The position numbers were made by a program, and so were the translations under genes. Source: Synechococcus elongatus PCC 6301 (GTDB taxonomy: Bacteria; Cyanobacteriota; Cyanobacteriia; Synechococcales; Synechococcaceae). Taken from it: DNA of 32,000 nt. Shown piece by piece: positions 10,245 to 18,422 of the stretch (position 1 is its first letter; every line of letters starts with the position of its first letter). The notes under the pieces were generated by a model. The model had not been told where the DNA came from. It saw nothing but the letters and a program-made list of their open reading frames with translations, and did no database searches. The stretch spans positions 150,001-182,000 of the forward strand of contig NC_006576.1 of the NCBI RefSeq assembly GCF_000010065.1, written 5' to 3'.

Positions 10245-10880
10245 TTAGGCTGCTATATCACCTCTAGCTGCCTGTATTGTCATCAATCCCCAAAACCAAT
10301 TGATCCGATATTGGTCAATTGATAGCAGTTTAAAGTTGCTTTCGATTAATATCTTTTGCAAATCATCTATTGAGTAAGCTCTAACATGAGCCTTGTCAAC
10401 CCAATGCAACCATCGATCTAGGAGGTTAATCATCAAGTAATTTCGGCACCAGTCCGTTAAAATCAAGCAACCCTGGGGCTTTAAAACTCTCGTGATCTCT
10501 TGAAGAACTTTTTCAGGGTTTTGAAAATAATGGAAAACACTCGTTGAGATCACGAGGTCGAAATGGTGTTCCGGAAAGGGGAGTTCATTAGCTTCTCCAG
10601 TCTGCAGCTTGACTGAATCCGGTAGTTTCTGCCGAGCGATCGCTAGCATTGCAGCTGATATATCTAAACCTGAAAGCTTGACTGTAGGATATTGTGCTGC
10701 AAGTTGTTGAAGGAGTGATCCAGTTCCACAACCAAGGTCTAAGACTGATGCTTGAGAGCTGATAGTAATTCGCTTAAGGGTTTCTTGAATAGTGGCATGA
10801 ATATAAAAATCCCAGCGGCGATCGTAGGATGATGCAAGGATTGTATATTCTTCTTGAACTGGGGTGGAATGATTTTCCAT
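10245..10880 (-). CDS. Class I SAM-dependent methyltransferase (Methyltransf_11/25 type)
   Basis: Motif I is VLDLGCGTGSL. The post-I acidic residue is in GLDIS and motif II is FDLVISTSVFHY. I prefer the ATG at 10880 (MENHSTP) to the TTG at 10886. The gene is markedly AT-rich (about 42% GC in a 60-nt spot count). Confidence 0.8.
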   Translation of the reverse strand: MENHSTPVQEEYTILASSYDRRWDFYIHATIQETLKRITISSQASVLDLGCGTGSLLQQLAAQYPTVKLSGLDISAAMLAIARQKLPDSVKLQTGEANELPFPEHHFDLVISTSVFHYFQNPEKVLQEITRVLKPQGCLILTDWCRNYLMINLLDRWLHWVDKAHVRAYSIDDLQKILIESNFKLLSIDQYRINWFWGLMTIQAARGDIAA

Positions 10881-11111
10881 CGTCAAAATTTGCTGACTAG
10901 AAGCTGTTGGTAATATTTGCTGGATTCTAGTGCTGTGAAACTGGGGCAGTCGAGTCTTTCTTGGTGTCTATGGTGAGGTGATCAATGCTCTTTGAGACTG
11001 TTGTCACGCTCTCGGGTTGGAGTGCATCAATGCCGACTCAGAGGCGATCGCCAGAAAAACTCAGCAATCGCCCAGCAGGCGTCGGTGGATTCCCTGCAAT
11101 AGTCGCAAAAA

Positions 11112-12803
11112 TCAGGCCCGTTTGGTTGCCGACTGAGTGACTTGGCGGCTAATTAGAATCACAGGCAGCAGACCCGCTACCAAAATCATCAGCGCCGGGA
11201 GCGCAGCTTCTGCCAGACGTTCATCCGAGGCATATTGATAGACCCGCACAGCCAAAGTGTCGAAGTTAAAGGGGCGCATCACCAAAGTGGCAGGCAGCTC
11301 CTTCATTACATCGACAAACACCAGCATGCTGACGCTGAGGAGTCCACCGCTGAGGAGAGGCAAGTGAATGCGGCGTAGCACCCCACTGCTGCTTTCCCCG
11401 AGGCTGCGAGCCGCTTCGTCAAAGCTAGGGCGGATTTTGGTCAAGCTGGATTCGATACCCGAAAAAGCGATCGCCAGAAACCGCACGAGATAGGCAAACA
11501 CAAGGCCAACCAAAGTTCCGGTCAAAAGAATTGGTTCTGTGCCACCAAAGCGATCGCTGAGGCCTGTCAAGCCCTGATCTAGCCCCCCTAGCGCCAAAAG
11601 AATACCCACAGCCAATACTGACCCGGGAATGGCATAGCCGAGAGAAGCCGTACGCACCGCTAGCTGAATTGGCCAAGACTTTTGTAATCGCTGACCATAG
11701 CTGACGATCAAGCCCAGCAGCGTCGCCAGAACAGCTGTGATTCCAGCCAACATCAAACTGTTGCGGGTCAAGTCCCAGAAGTTATTGTTACTGGCCTCTT
11801 CGCTGTAGTTAAGGACGAGTTCTAACAAAATGCCGACGGGCAGCACGAGACCAAGCAACACTGGCAGGAGACAAGCGATCGCTGCAATCAGCGCCCGCCA
11901 ACCCCGTAATTGGTAAACCGGCGCTTCCGCGTAGCGACTCCCAGACTCGTAGAAACGGGCTTGCCGGCGTGAGGCCCATTCCAGTAGCAGCAGCACGGCA
12001 ATAAACAACAGCAAAACGGCTGATAACTGGGTTGCTGCAGGGCGATCGCCCAATCCCAGCCAGGTGCGATAGATGCCAGTCGTAAAAGTATTGACGCCCA
12101 GGTATTGCACTGCCCCGAAGTCATTGAGGGTTTCCATCAACGCCAAGGCCATCCCCGCTGCGATCGCAGGCCGAGCCAAGGGCAGGGCCACTCGCCAGAA
12201 ACTTTTCCAAGGACTACAGCCCAGACTGCGAGCGGCTTCGATCGTGCAGTGAGACTGCTCAAGGAAGCTGCTGCGGGCTAGCAGGTAGACGTAGGGATAG
12301 AGGGTCAGACTAAAAAGAGCGATCGCCCCTGGCAACGAGCGAATCTCGGGGAACCAATAGTCCTGACTATTGCTCCAGCCAAACGTCTGCCGCAACAAGC
12401 CTTGGACGGGACCGTAATAGTCCAAGAACTCTGAGAGCGTGTAGGCCAACAAATACGTCGGGGTCGCCAGTGGCAAGAGTAAGCCCCATTGCAGCCAGCG
12501 ACTGCCTGGAAATCGGCAGGCCGTCACCAACCAAGCCGTTGCCGTACCAATGACAGCGACGCCAAAGCCCACTCCAAACAACAACGCAAGGGAATGACGC
12601 ACGTATTCCGGCAGGACTGTGGATGCCAGATGCGCCCAAATTTCACTTTTCTGGGTAAACAGGCTAGCCAGAATGACCAAGATCGGAGCGGCCACCAGCA
12701 GCGCCAAGCCGAGGGTCAGGGCAGCCCAGCTCCGACGAGCCATCAGGGTTGGCCAGTGCAGTGCTGGCTGGCTGGCTGAAGTGGGGGGCGAAGCGGCACT
12801 CAC
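11112..12803 (-). CDS. futB: Fe(3+) ABC transporter permease, fused two-domain type (FutB/FbpB)
   Basis: The start is GTG. This 563-aa protein has about 12 TM segments and two BPD-transporter EAA-type loops (IEAARSLGCSPWKSFWRVALP and DEAARSLGESSSGVLRRIHLP). Confidence 0.85.
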   Translation of the reverse strand: MSAASPPTSASQPALHWPTLMARRSWAALTLGLALLVAAPILVILASLFTQKSEIWAHLASTVLPEYVRHSLALLFGVGFGVAVIGTATAWLVTACRFPGSRWLQWGLLLPLATPTYLLAYTLSEFLDYYGPVQGLLRQTFGWSNSQDYWFPEIRSLPGAIALFSLTLYPYVYLLARSSFLEQSHCTIEAARSLGCSPWKSFWRVALPLARPAIAAGMALALMETLNDFGAVQYLGVNTFTTGIYRTWLGLGDRPAATQLSAVLLLFIAVLLLLEWASRRQARFYESGSRYAEAPVYQLRGWRALIAAIACLLPVLLGLVLPVGILLELVLNYSEEASNNNFWDLTRNSLMLAGITAVLATLLGLIVSYGQRLQKSWPIQLAVRTASLGYAIPGSVLAVGILLALGGLDQGLTGLSDRFGGTEPILLTGTLVGLVFAYLVRFLAIAFSGIESSLTKIRPSFDEAARSLGESSSGVLRRIHLPLLSGGLLSVSMLVFVDVMKELPATLVMRPFNFDTLAVRVYQYASDERLAEAALPALMILVAGLLPVILISRQVTQSATKRA

Positions 12804-12890
12804 GGGGCAATTGAGAATAAATCGCAGAAGATCACTCTACACTGGAAAAGCTCTCTCTATCACCGCTGTCGCGGTTCTTCGCAGTTGCCC

Positions 12891-13997
12891 ATGTCTCAAT
12901 CCGAGGTTCTTTGCCTAGACCGTGTCTGTAAGCAGTTCTCAGGAAGTTCTCTGGCAGCGGTTGATCAAGTCAGCTTTGGATTAGAAGCTGGAGAAATTCT
13001 GGGACTGGTTGGTCCCTCAGGTTGCGGCAAGACGACCTTATTGCGAATGATTGCTGGTTTTGAGAGCCTGCAGTCTGGCAGCATCCAGCTCGCAGGAGAA
13101 ACCGTAGCCACCGCCCAGCGATCGCTCCCGCCCGAAACTCGGTCAGTGGGCATGGTCTTTCAGGACTATGCACTGTTTCCGCATCTAACGGTTTTGGACA
13201 ATGTCTGCTTTGGGCTGCGCGATCGCAAGGGGTCTGCCGCTGTCGCTCGACAAGCGCTGGCTTTGGTAGGCCTCGAAGGACTAGAACGCCGCTATCCCCA
13301 TGAACTCTCTGGCGGCCAACAACAACGAGTAGCTCTTGCTCGGGCTTTGGCACCGCAGCCCCCGCTGATCTTGCTGGATGAGCCGCTCAGTAATCTTGAT
13401 GTTCAAGTCCGGCTGCGATTGCGGCAGGAACTGCGTGACATCCTGCGCCAAGCTCAGGCAACGGCAATTCTAGTCACCCACGACCAAGAAGAAGCTCTTT
13501 CCATTTGCGATCGCGTGGCGGTAATGCGTTTGGGCCGTTTTGAGCAGATTGGTCAGCCCGAGGAGCTATTTCAACACCCGGCCAGCCGCTTTGTCGCTGA
13601 GTTTTTATCCCAAGCCAACTTCTTGGCCACAGAGTATCAAGGTGATGCGTGGCGCACGGTGCTGGGCGACTTTGAAGCACCGGGGGGATTGGAGGGCAGC
13701 CGTACGGGTGGCGAGCCGCCAGTGGTGATGGTGCGGCAAGAGGATGTTTTGCTACATCCCCATCCTGAGGGCACCGGCCTGGTCCGCGATCGCCAGTTTC
13801 TGGGTCGCGATTACCGCTATTTTGTCCAGCTTCCCGCCGGACTGGAAATCCAAGTCCTTGGGCCAGTCAGCGAGGCGATCGCCGTGGGGACGGCCGTGCA
13901 GGTTCAATTGCGGACAGGGCAAGCCCGCCTCTATCCCTACGACCTGCCCTTGGTTTTACGGGGCACTTCCACGCGTAATGCTGCCGCCCGAGCTTGA
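12891..13997 (+). CDS. futC: Fe(3+)/spermidine-type ABC importer ATP-binding protein (FutC/FbpC)
   Basis: Walker A is GPSGCGKTT, the signature is [14 protein letters not shown], and Walker B is [13 protein letters not shown]-terminal TOBE-like extension is present. I prefer the ATG at 12891 to the TTG at 12885. The gene is divergent from futB. Confidence 0.85.
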   Translation: MSQSEVLCLDRVCKQFSGSSLAAVDQVSFGLEAGEILGLVGPSGCGKTTLLRMIAGFESLQSGSIQLAGETVATAQRSLPPETRSVGMVFQDYALFPHLTVLDNVCFGLRDRKGSAAVARQALALVGLEGLERRYPHELSGGQQQRVALARALAPQPPLILLDEPLSNLDVQVRLRLRQELRDILRQAQATAILVTHDQEEALSICDRVAVMRLGRFEQIGQPEELFQHPASRFVAEFLSQANFLATEYQGDAWRTVLGDFEAPGGLEGSRTGGEPPVVMVRQEDVLLHPHPEGTGLVRDRQFLGRDYRYFVQLPAGLEIQVLGPVSEAIAVGTAVQVQLRTGQARLYPYDLPLVLRGTSTRNAAARA

Positions 13998-14012
13998 GCA
14001 TTGTCCTAGTAG

Positions 14013-14540
14013 TTATGGTTCCTGAGAGGTGGGCACTGTTTGGCCGACAGGCTGCAGAAATTGCACATTGAGGCGATCGCCCCTATTCAAGCCAAGCTCC
14101 TGACTCCGTCCAGCCCGCAGTTCAATGACCGCATCAATCGGTACCAAGGCCGGACCATAGCTGGGACAGGGCATGGCCAGACAGGGCGGCACCTCACGCA
14201 CAATCGCTCGCACTTCCCCTTGGTAGAGAAAGATCATGTCCAGCGGCTCCGGTGTGTTGAACATCCAGAAGCTGACGGGACGGGCTTGGGAGAACGGAAA
14301 AATCATGCCGCGGTTGTCGGCAAGACGTGGTCGAAACATCAGCCCACGCGCCTGCTGAGCAGGGGTTGCTGCCACTTCCACTTCCAAACGCTGGCCGCCA
14401 ATCTTGACCTCAGCGCCGATCGGTAAATACTGGGCGCGATCGCTCTCCGCTTGGCCTCGGCAGCTCAGGCCCAAAATCGAGAGGGGGATGACTGCGATCG
14501 CTAGCCGTTGCAACCAGCGCTGCTCCAAGAACACAAGCAT
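14013..14540 (-). CDS. DUF192 domain protein with an N-terminal signal or anchor
   Basis: The segment VEVAATPAQQARGLMFR...GMIFPF...FWMFNTPEPLDMIF...VIELRAG matches the DUF192 (COG1430) pattern. I prefer the ATG at 14540, which precedes the hydrophobic leader, to the TTG at 14594. Confidence 0.7.
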   Translation of the reverse strand: MLVFLEQRWLQRLAIAVIPLSILGLSCRGQAESDRAQYLPIGAEVKIGGQRLEVEVAATPAQQARGLMFRPRLADNRGMIFPFSQARPVSFWMFNTPEPLDMIFLYQGEVRAIVREVPPCLAMPCPSYGPALVPIDAVIELRAGRSQELGLNRGDRLNVQFLQPVGQTVPTSQEP

Positions 14541-14715
14541 GGTGAATCCTGAAAATAGGACAGTCAGGTCGAGAGGGCAGTCCTCTGCTTTCAACAGGAC
14601 GATTGATGACGGTGATCAGTTGCCGAGCTGACTGTAGATCCGCAGCTTCCCCAGCGATCGCCACGGATCCCAGCAAGAGGCAATGATAGAGCTTGCTACG
14701 CCTGCTGATTGAATC

Positions 14716-15405
14716 ATGCGAATTCTGCTCGTTGACGACGAAGAAGCCCTGACTGCGCCACCCCATCGCATGTTGCGCCGCGAAGGCTACGACGTGGATG
14801 TGGCGAGTGATGGTCAGACGGGAGAACAGCTGGCAACCCACCAGCCCTACGACTTGCTGATTCTTGATTGGATGCTGCCCGAGCGATCGGGGTTGGATCT
14901 CTGTCGCTCCGTTCGACAGCGCGATCGCCAAGTACCAGTTCTGTTTCTGACTGCTCGCGATACAGTCGATGACCGAGTTCAGGGCTTAGATGCCGGAGCT
15001 GACGACTACTTGGTTAAACCCTTCGAACTGAAGGAACTCCTAGCCCGCGTCCGAGCCTTGCTCCGGCGATCGCCCCGACAGGAAACCTCGGAGGCTCCGC
15101 GCCTTGCGGGTGGCGATCTGGAACTGGATACGCCCAACCAACTGGCCTATCGTCAGGCCCGTCGCATTGAGCTGTCCGAAAAAGAGACGCAGTTGCTGGC
15201 AGTACTCATGCAGCATCCGGGCCAACTGGTCAGCCACCAAGAGCTGCAAGCGCAAGTGTGGGGTTCTGCCAATCCCCCCAGTAGCAATGTTCTGGCCGCA
15301 CAAATTCGCCTCCTGCGCCGCAAGCTGGAAGCCCCGGGCGAAACGCCGCTGATCTTTAGCGTCTATGGCAAAGGTTACCGCTTCCAATTCGGAGATTTGG
15401 CCTAA
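14716..15405 (+). CDS. OmpR/PhoB-family response regulator (receiver plus winged helix)
   Basis: Receiver residues are present: MRILLVDDEE, the phospho-acceptor Asp in LLILDWMLP, then LFLTARD and YLVKPF. The C-terminal trans_reg_C region includes VYGKGYRF. No histidine kinase is present in the window. Confidence 0.9.
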   Translation: MRILLVDDEEALTAPPHRMLRREGYDVDVASDGQTGEQLATHQPYDLLILDWMLPERSGLDLCRSVRQRDRQVPVLFLTARDTVDDRVQGLDAGADDYLVKPFELKELLARVRALLRRSPRQETSEAPRLAGGDLELDTPNQLAYRQARRIELSEKETQLLAVLMQHPGQLVSHQELQAQVWGSANPPSSNVLAAQIRLLRRKLEAPGETPLIFSVYGKGYRFQFGDLA

Positions 15406-15430
15406 ATTTACCCTTCGGAGACTCGTCACC

Positions 15431-16206
15431 ATGCGGATTGACTGCCTGCCAGCACTTCAGGACAATACATCTTTCTGCTAGTTGATGTAGAGCAGCGACA
15501 GGCCGCGGTAGTTGACCCAGCGGAAGCAGAGCCAGTGCTCGCTGCTTTGCAAGCGGAAGGGCTCACCCTAACAGCCATCCTGAATACCCACCATCACGGC
15601 GATCATGTCGGCGGTAACCGGCGGTTGCTACGGCAATTTCCCGAGGCAGCTGTCTCCGCCAGCGCCGTCGATCGCGATCGCATTCCAGGTCAAACGGTCT
15701 TGCTCGAAGCGGGCGATCGCCTACAGATTTGTGGTCAAACCGCCGAAGTCTTATTTGTGCCCGGACATACCCGTGGCCACATCGCCTATTACTTCCCTGA
15801 GGTAGCTGAGGGCAACCCTAGGGGCGCTTTGTTCTGCGGCGACACCCTGTTTGCCGGTGGCTGCGGTCGTCTGTTTGAAGGGACGCCGGCGCAAATGCTG
15901 GACTCCTTGCAACAGCTGCGATCGCTCCCTGACGACACCGCAATCTACTGCGCCCACGAGTACACCTTGAACAACCTCCGCTTCGCGCTAACAGTAGAGC
16001 CAGACAATTTTGACCTGCAACAGCGCTATCAAGCCGTCGCGATCGCTCGTCAGCAAGGACAGGCGACTATTCCTAGCCGTTTAGACATTGAAAAAGCTAC
16101 CAATCCCTTTCTGCGCTGGGATCAAGCAGCCCTGCAAGCGGCCGTTTCCAGTCAAGATCCGGTTCAAACCTTGGCTCGGCTGCGGAGCCGGAAGGATCAG
16201 TTTTAG
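15431..16206 (+). pseudogene. gloB: Hydroxyacylglutathione hydrolase (glyoxalase II) with an apparent 1-nt deletion frameshift near codon 13
   Basis: The ATG at 15431 gives [12 protein letters not shown] and then hits TAG at 15479. The next frame reads [29 protein letters not shown]... and continues through [16 protein letters not shown] and CAHEYT to 16206. The two frames share the T at 15466: AATAC is found where AATTAC is needed. The ORF track only detects the GTG-15535 remnant. Confidence 0.75.
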
Positions 16207-16222
16207 AGAGCAGAGATTGAGG

Positions 16223-17482
16223 TCACGACTGCGGCGATCGCAAATTCTCGCCACACGCCCGACAGTAGGGCAGATATTGATAGGTCAGGTGGTGGCAATG
16301 ATGGCACTCGATGTATTGATAATGGCCACAGTGGGGGCAGTGCGCTTCTTGAGCAGGGAGCCGTTTGGCGCACTTGATACAGCGGGACTTCTGGACTCGA
16401 TTAGCGGCTTGAATGCGTGGGTTAAAAATCCAAGCTTGGGCGAGTTTGATGATGCCAAAACCCAAGGCAGGAATCAGGAAGATATAGAGATAACTGACGA
16501 GGAAGAGGAGCTGGCCAAATAGAGCTTGAACTAGCTGTGAGAGAGCATTAAAAATAATGTTGATTCGCAGTAGCTCAAAGGCTTTAAACAGTAATGGCAG
16601 AGAGAAGATAACTAGTAAGTGCCAGCTCAACAAAGCCAGCAATCCATAGTCACGTCGTTCAGCATAGCGATGGATAACTGTCGCGATCGCTAGGAGTGGA
16701 GCAAGGAATATAATCTGTAGCAAGAGTTGCAGGGCTGGATACCAAAACAGCGATCGCTGATAGCCCTGTGCAACCTGTTCAAATTGACTACGATCGGCCA
16801 GCAGCGCCAAAAAGGAGCGACTTGCAGGCTGAGTGATCAGCGTTTGTTCTAAACCAGCGATCGCCTGCCGATTGGTCTGAATCGTTGCTTGATTAGCCTC
16901 AAGTTTTTGGCGAGCTTGATCTGCCCCAACATCGGTGATTGCCTGATCTCGAGACTGCCCTGCGATTTGCTCCAGCAGGGAAGAGTCGTACTGCTCACGA
17001 ATTTTTTGATTTTCAGCTTCTAGCTGGTTGATCGTGGCTTGTTTTTGATTAATCGAGACAAGAATATTAGAATAATTTGCCTTAGTGATTTGGTCATAGC
17101 GCTCTGCATATTGTAGACAGAGTGGAGAGGCTGAGCCGAGGCGATCGCGCTGCGACTGTTGATATTGACTAGTCAGCGAAAGAAAGGAACTAGGGGTTTC
17201 CATCCCGATTCTTACAGCTTGAGAGACTAGCTTAAAAGCCTGATTCTCTGCCTTGCGAAGTTGTGGGTCTTGATAAATTTGCCAGTCTTGATAGCAAGGA
17301 TAAGACTCGCTAGCCATGAGTGGCCAACGACCAATTTCTGAGAGTCCTGAAAAGACATTAACGAGGATGAAAATATCAATAACAATAATGACAACAAGAC
17401 TAACTTTGTTCAGGGGCTCATTGTTAATCGTTCTCGACCTGCGAAATGCCGATCCAAACCATCGTTTCAAGCGTGACCACAT
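16223..17482 (-). CDS. Hypothetical membrane protein: N-terminal TM, Q-rich coiled coil, about 4 TM segments, and a C-terminal double zinc ribbon
   Basis: This is a 419-aa ORF. The first TM is VSLVVIIVIDIFILVNVFSGL. A roughly 200-aa stretch rich in Q, A and E has heptad character. A hydrophobic block follows. The tail is CIKCAKRLPAQEAHCPHCGHYQYIECHHCHHLTYQYLPYCRACG, which gives four CxxC pairs. The gene is AT-rich (32-38% GC in spot counts) but contains HIP1 sites. Confidence 0.6.
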   Translation of the reverse strand: MWSRLKRWFGSAFRRSRTINNEPLNKVSLVVIIVIDIFILVNVFSGLSEIGRWPLMASESYPCYQDWQIYQDPQLRKAENQAFKLVSQAVRIGMETPSSFLSLTSQYQQSQRDRLGSASPLCLQYAERYDQITKANYSNILVSINQKQATINQLEAENQKIREQYDSSLLEQIAGQSRDQAITDVGADQARQKLEANQATIQTNRQAIAGLEQTLITQPASRSFLALLADRSQFEQVAQGYQRSLFWYPALQLLLQIIFLAPLLAIATVIHRYAERRDYGLLALLSWHLLVIFSLPLLFKAFELLRINIIFNALSQLVQALFGQLLFLVSYLYIFLIPALGFGIIKLAQAWIFNPRIQAANRVQKSRCIKCAKRLPAQEAHCPHCGHYQYIECHHCHHLTYQYLPYCRACGENLRSPQS

Positions 17483-17694
17483 GGTTACGACTCCTCCCAG
17501 TGTTTCCTGAGCAGCTCACTCCGGCTTTTAAGATGTCACCCTGAACTCGACCAACGGATGATTCGTCGAAATTTCTTATCATTGGTGAATCCCTCCCCAG
17601 ATCCGTTGAGCGTCAATCCGTGGCTCTGAGGGCCTCAATCCAGTCCATTGGAAATCTCGCGGCAGAATAAAGGAGTACTGCTGTTTGAACTCGC

Positions 17695-18072
17695 ATGGAT
17701 CTCAAACGCCTCGGCCACGTTGCCATTTGCGTGAAAGATATTGAAGCTGCCGCTGCGTTCTATCAGGGCTTGGGTCTCGAGCTAGTTTGGCAGGATGCAG
17801 ACTGGGCATACCTTAAGGCGGGTGAGGACGGCCTGGCGCTACTCGGCCCCAGCTACAAGCAAGCAGGTCCACACTTTGGCTTTATTTTTCACGATCGCGC
17901 CGAAGTTGACACGGCTTATGAGCAGCTGAAAACCCAGGGTGTTGAACTAACGCGCATCCATGAGCACCGTGATGGTACGGCCTCCTTCTACGGCAAAGAC
18001 CTTGACGGCAACTGGTTTGAATACCTCTATGAACCCATCAAGGCAACCGTAGAAACTACAGTTTCGGCTTGA
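17695..18072 (+). CDS. VOC (glyoxalase/bleomycin-resistance/dioxygenase fold) family protein
   Basis: This 125-aa protein starts LGHVAICVKDIEAAAAFYQGLGLEL, a typical first beta-alpha-beta-beta-beta module. Candidate metal ligands are H in GHVAI, H in PHFGF and E in FEYLYEP. Confidence 0.8.
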   Translation: MDLKRLGHVAICVKDIEAAAAFYQGLGLELVWQDADWAYLKAGEDGLALLGPSYKQAGPHFGFIFHDRAEVDTAYEQLKTQGVELTRIHEHRDGTASFYGKDLDGNWFEYLYEPIKATVETTVSA

Positions 18073-18133
18073 TCGAGGCTTAACTACCTTGGTTAATCTT
18101 AATTCCGATTAGCAAGGTTAGTTGTCATGAGTT

Positions 18134-18158
18134 AGCCTCTCTTATTCCAAGAGAGGCT
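18134..18158 (+). terminator. Hairpin downstream of the VOC gene, a possible terminator
   Basis: There is a perfect 10-bp stem: AGCCTCTCTT (18134-18143) pairs with AAGAGAGGCT (18149-18158). The loop is 5 nt. Only a weak T-run follows (TTAGTTAAT), so terminator function is uncertain. Confidence 0.4.
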
Positions 18159-18422
18159 TAGTTAATCTAGACAGATTACCAAAGAATCTAAGATGTTTAC
18201 TGCAAAAATAATTTGTCTAAATTAATTCAGAACACCCTAACTCACGAGTGCTGGCAATGGTTTGAACGTTGAAAGATCAACCCAAATCAAACCTCCAGTC
18301 AAACTTTTAAAAAATAAATTTACAACATTAAGAGACGTTTAAAAGCATTAGCCTTGTTGCCGGCAAGATTAGGATCACTCTTGGGAATCCTCTGATCCAG
18401 AGGTTAGGAGTGTTGCTTCATC

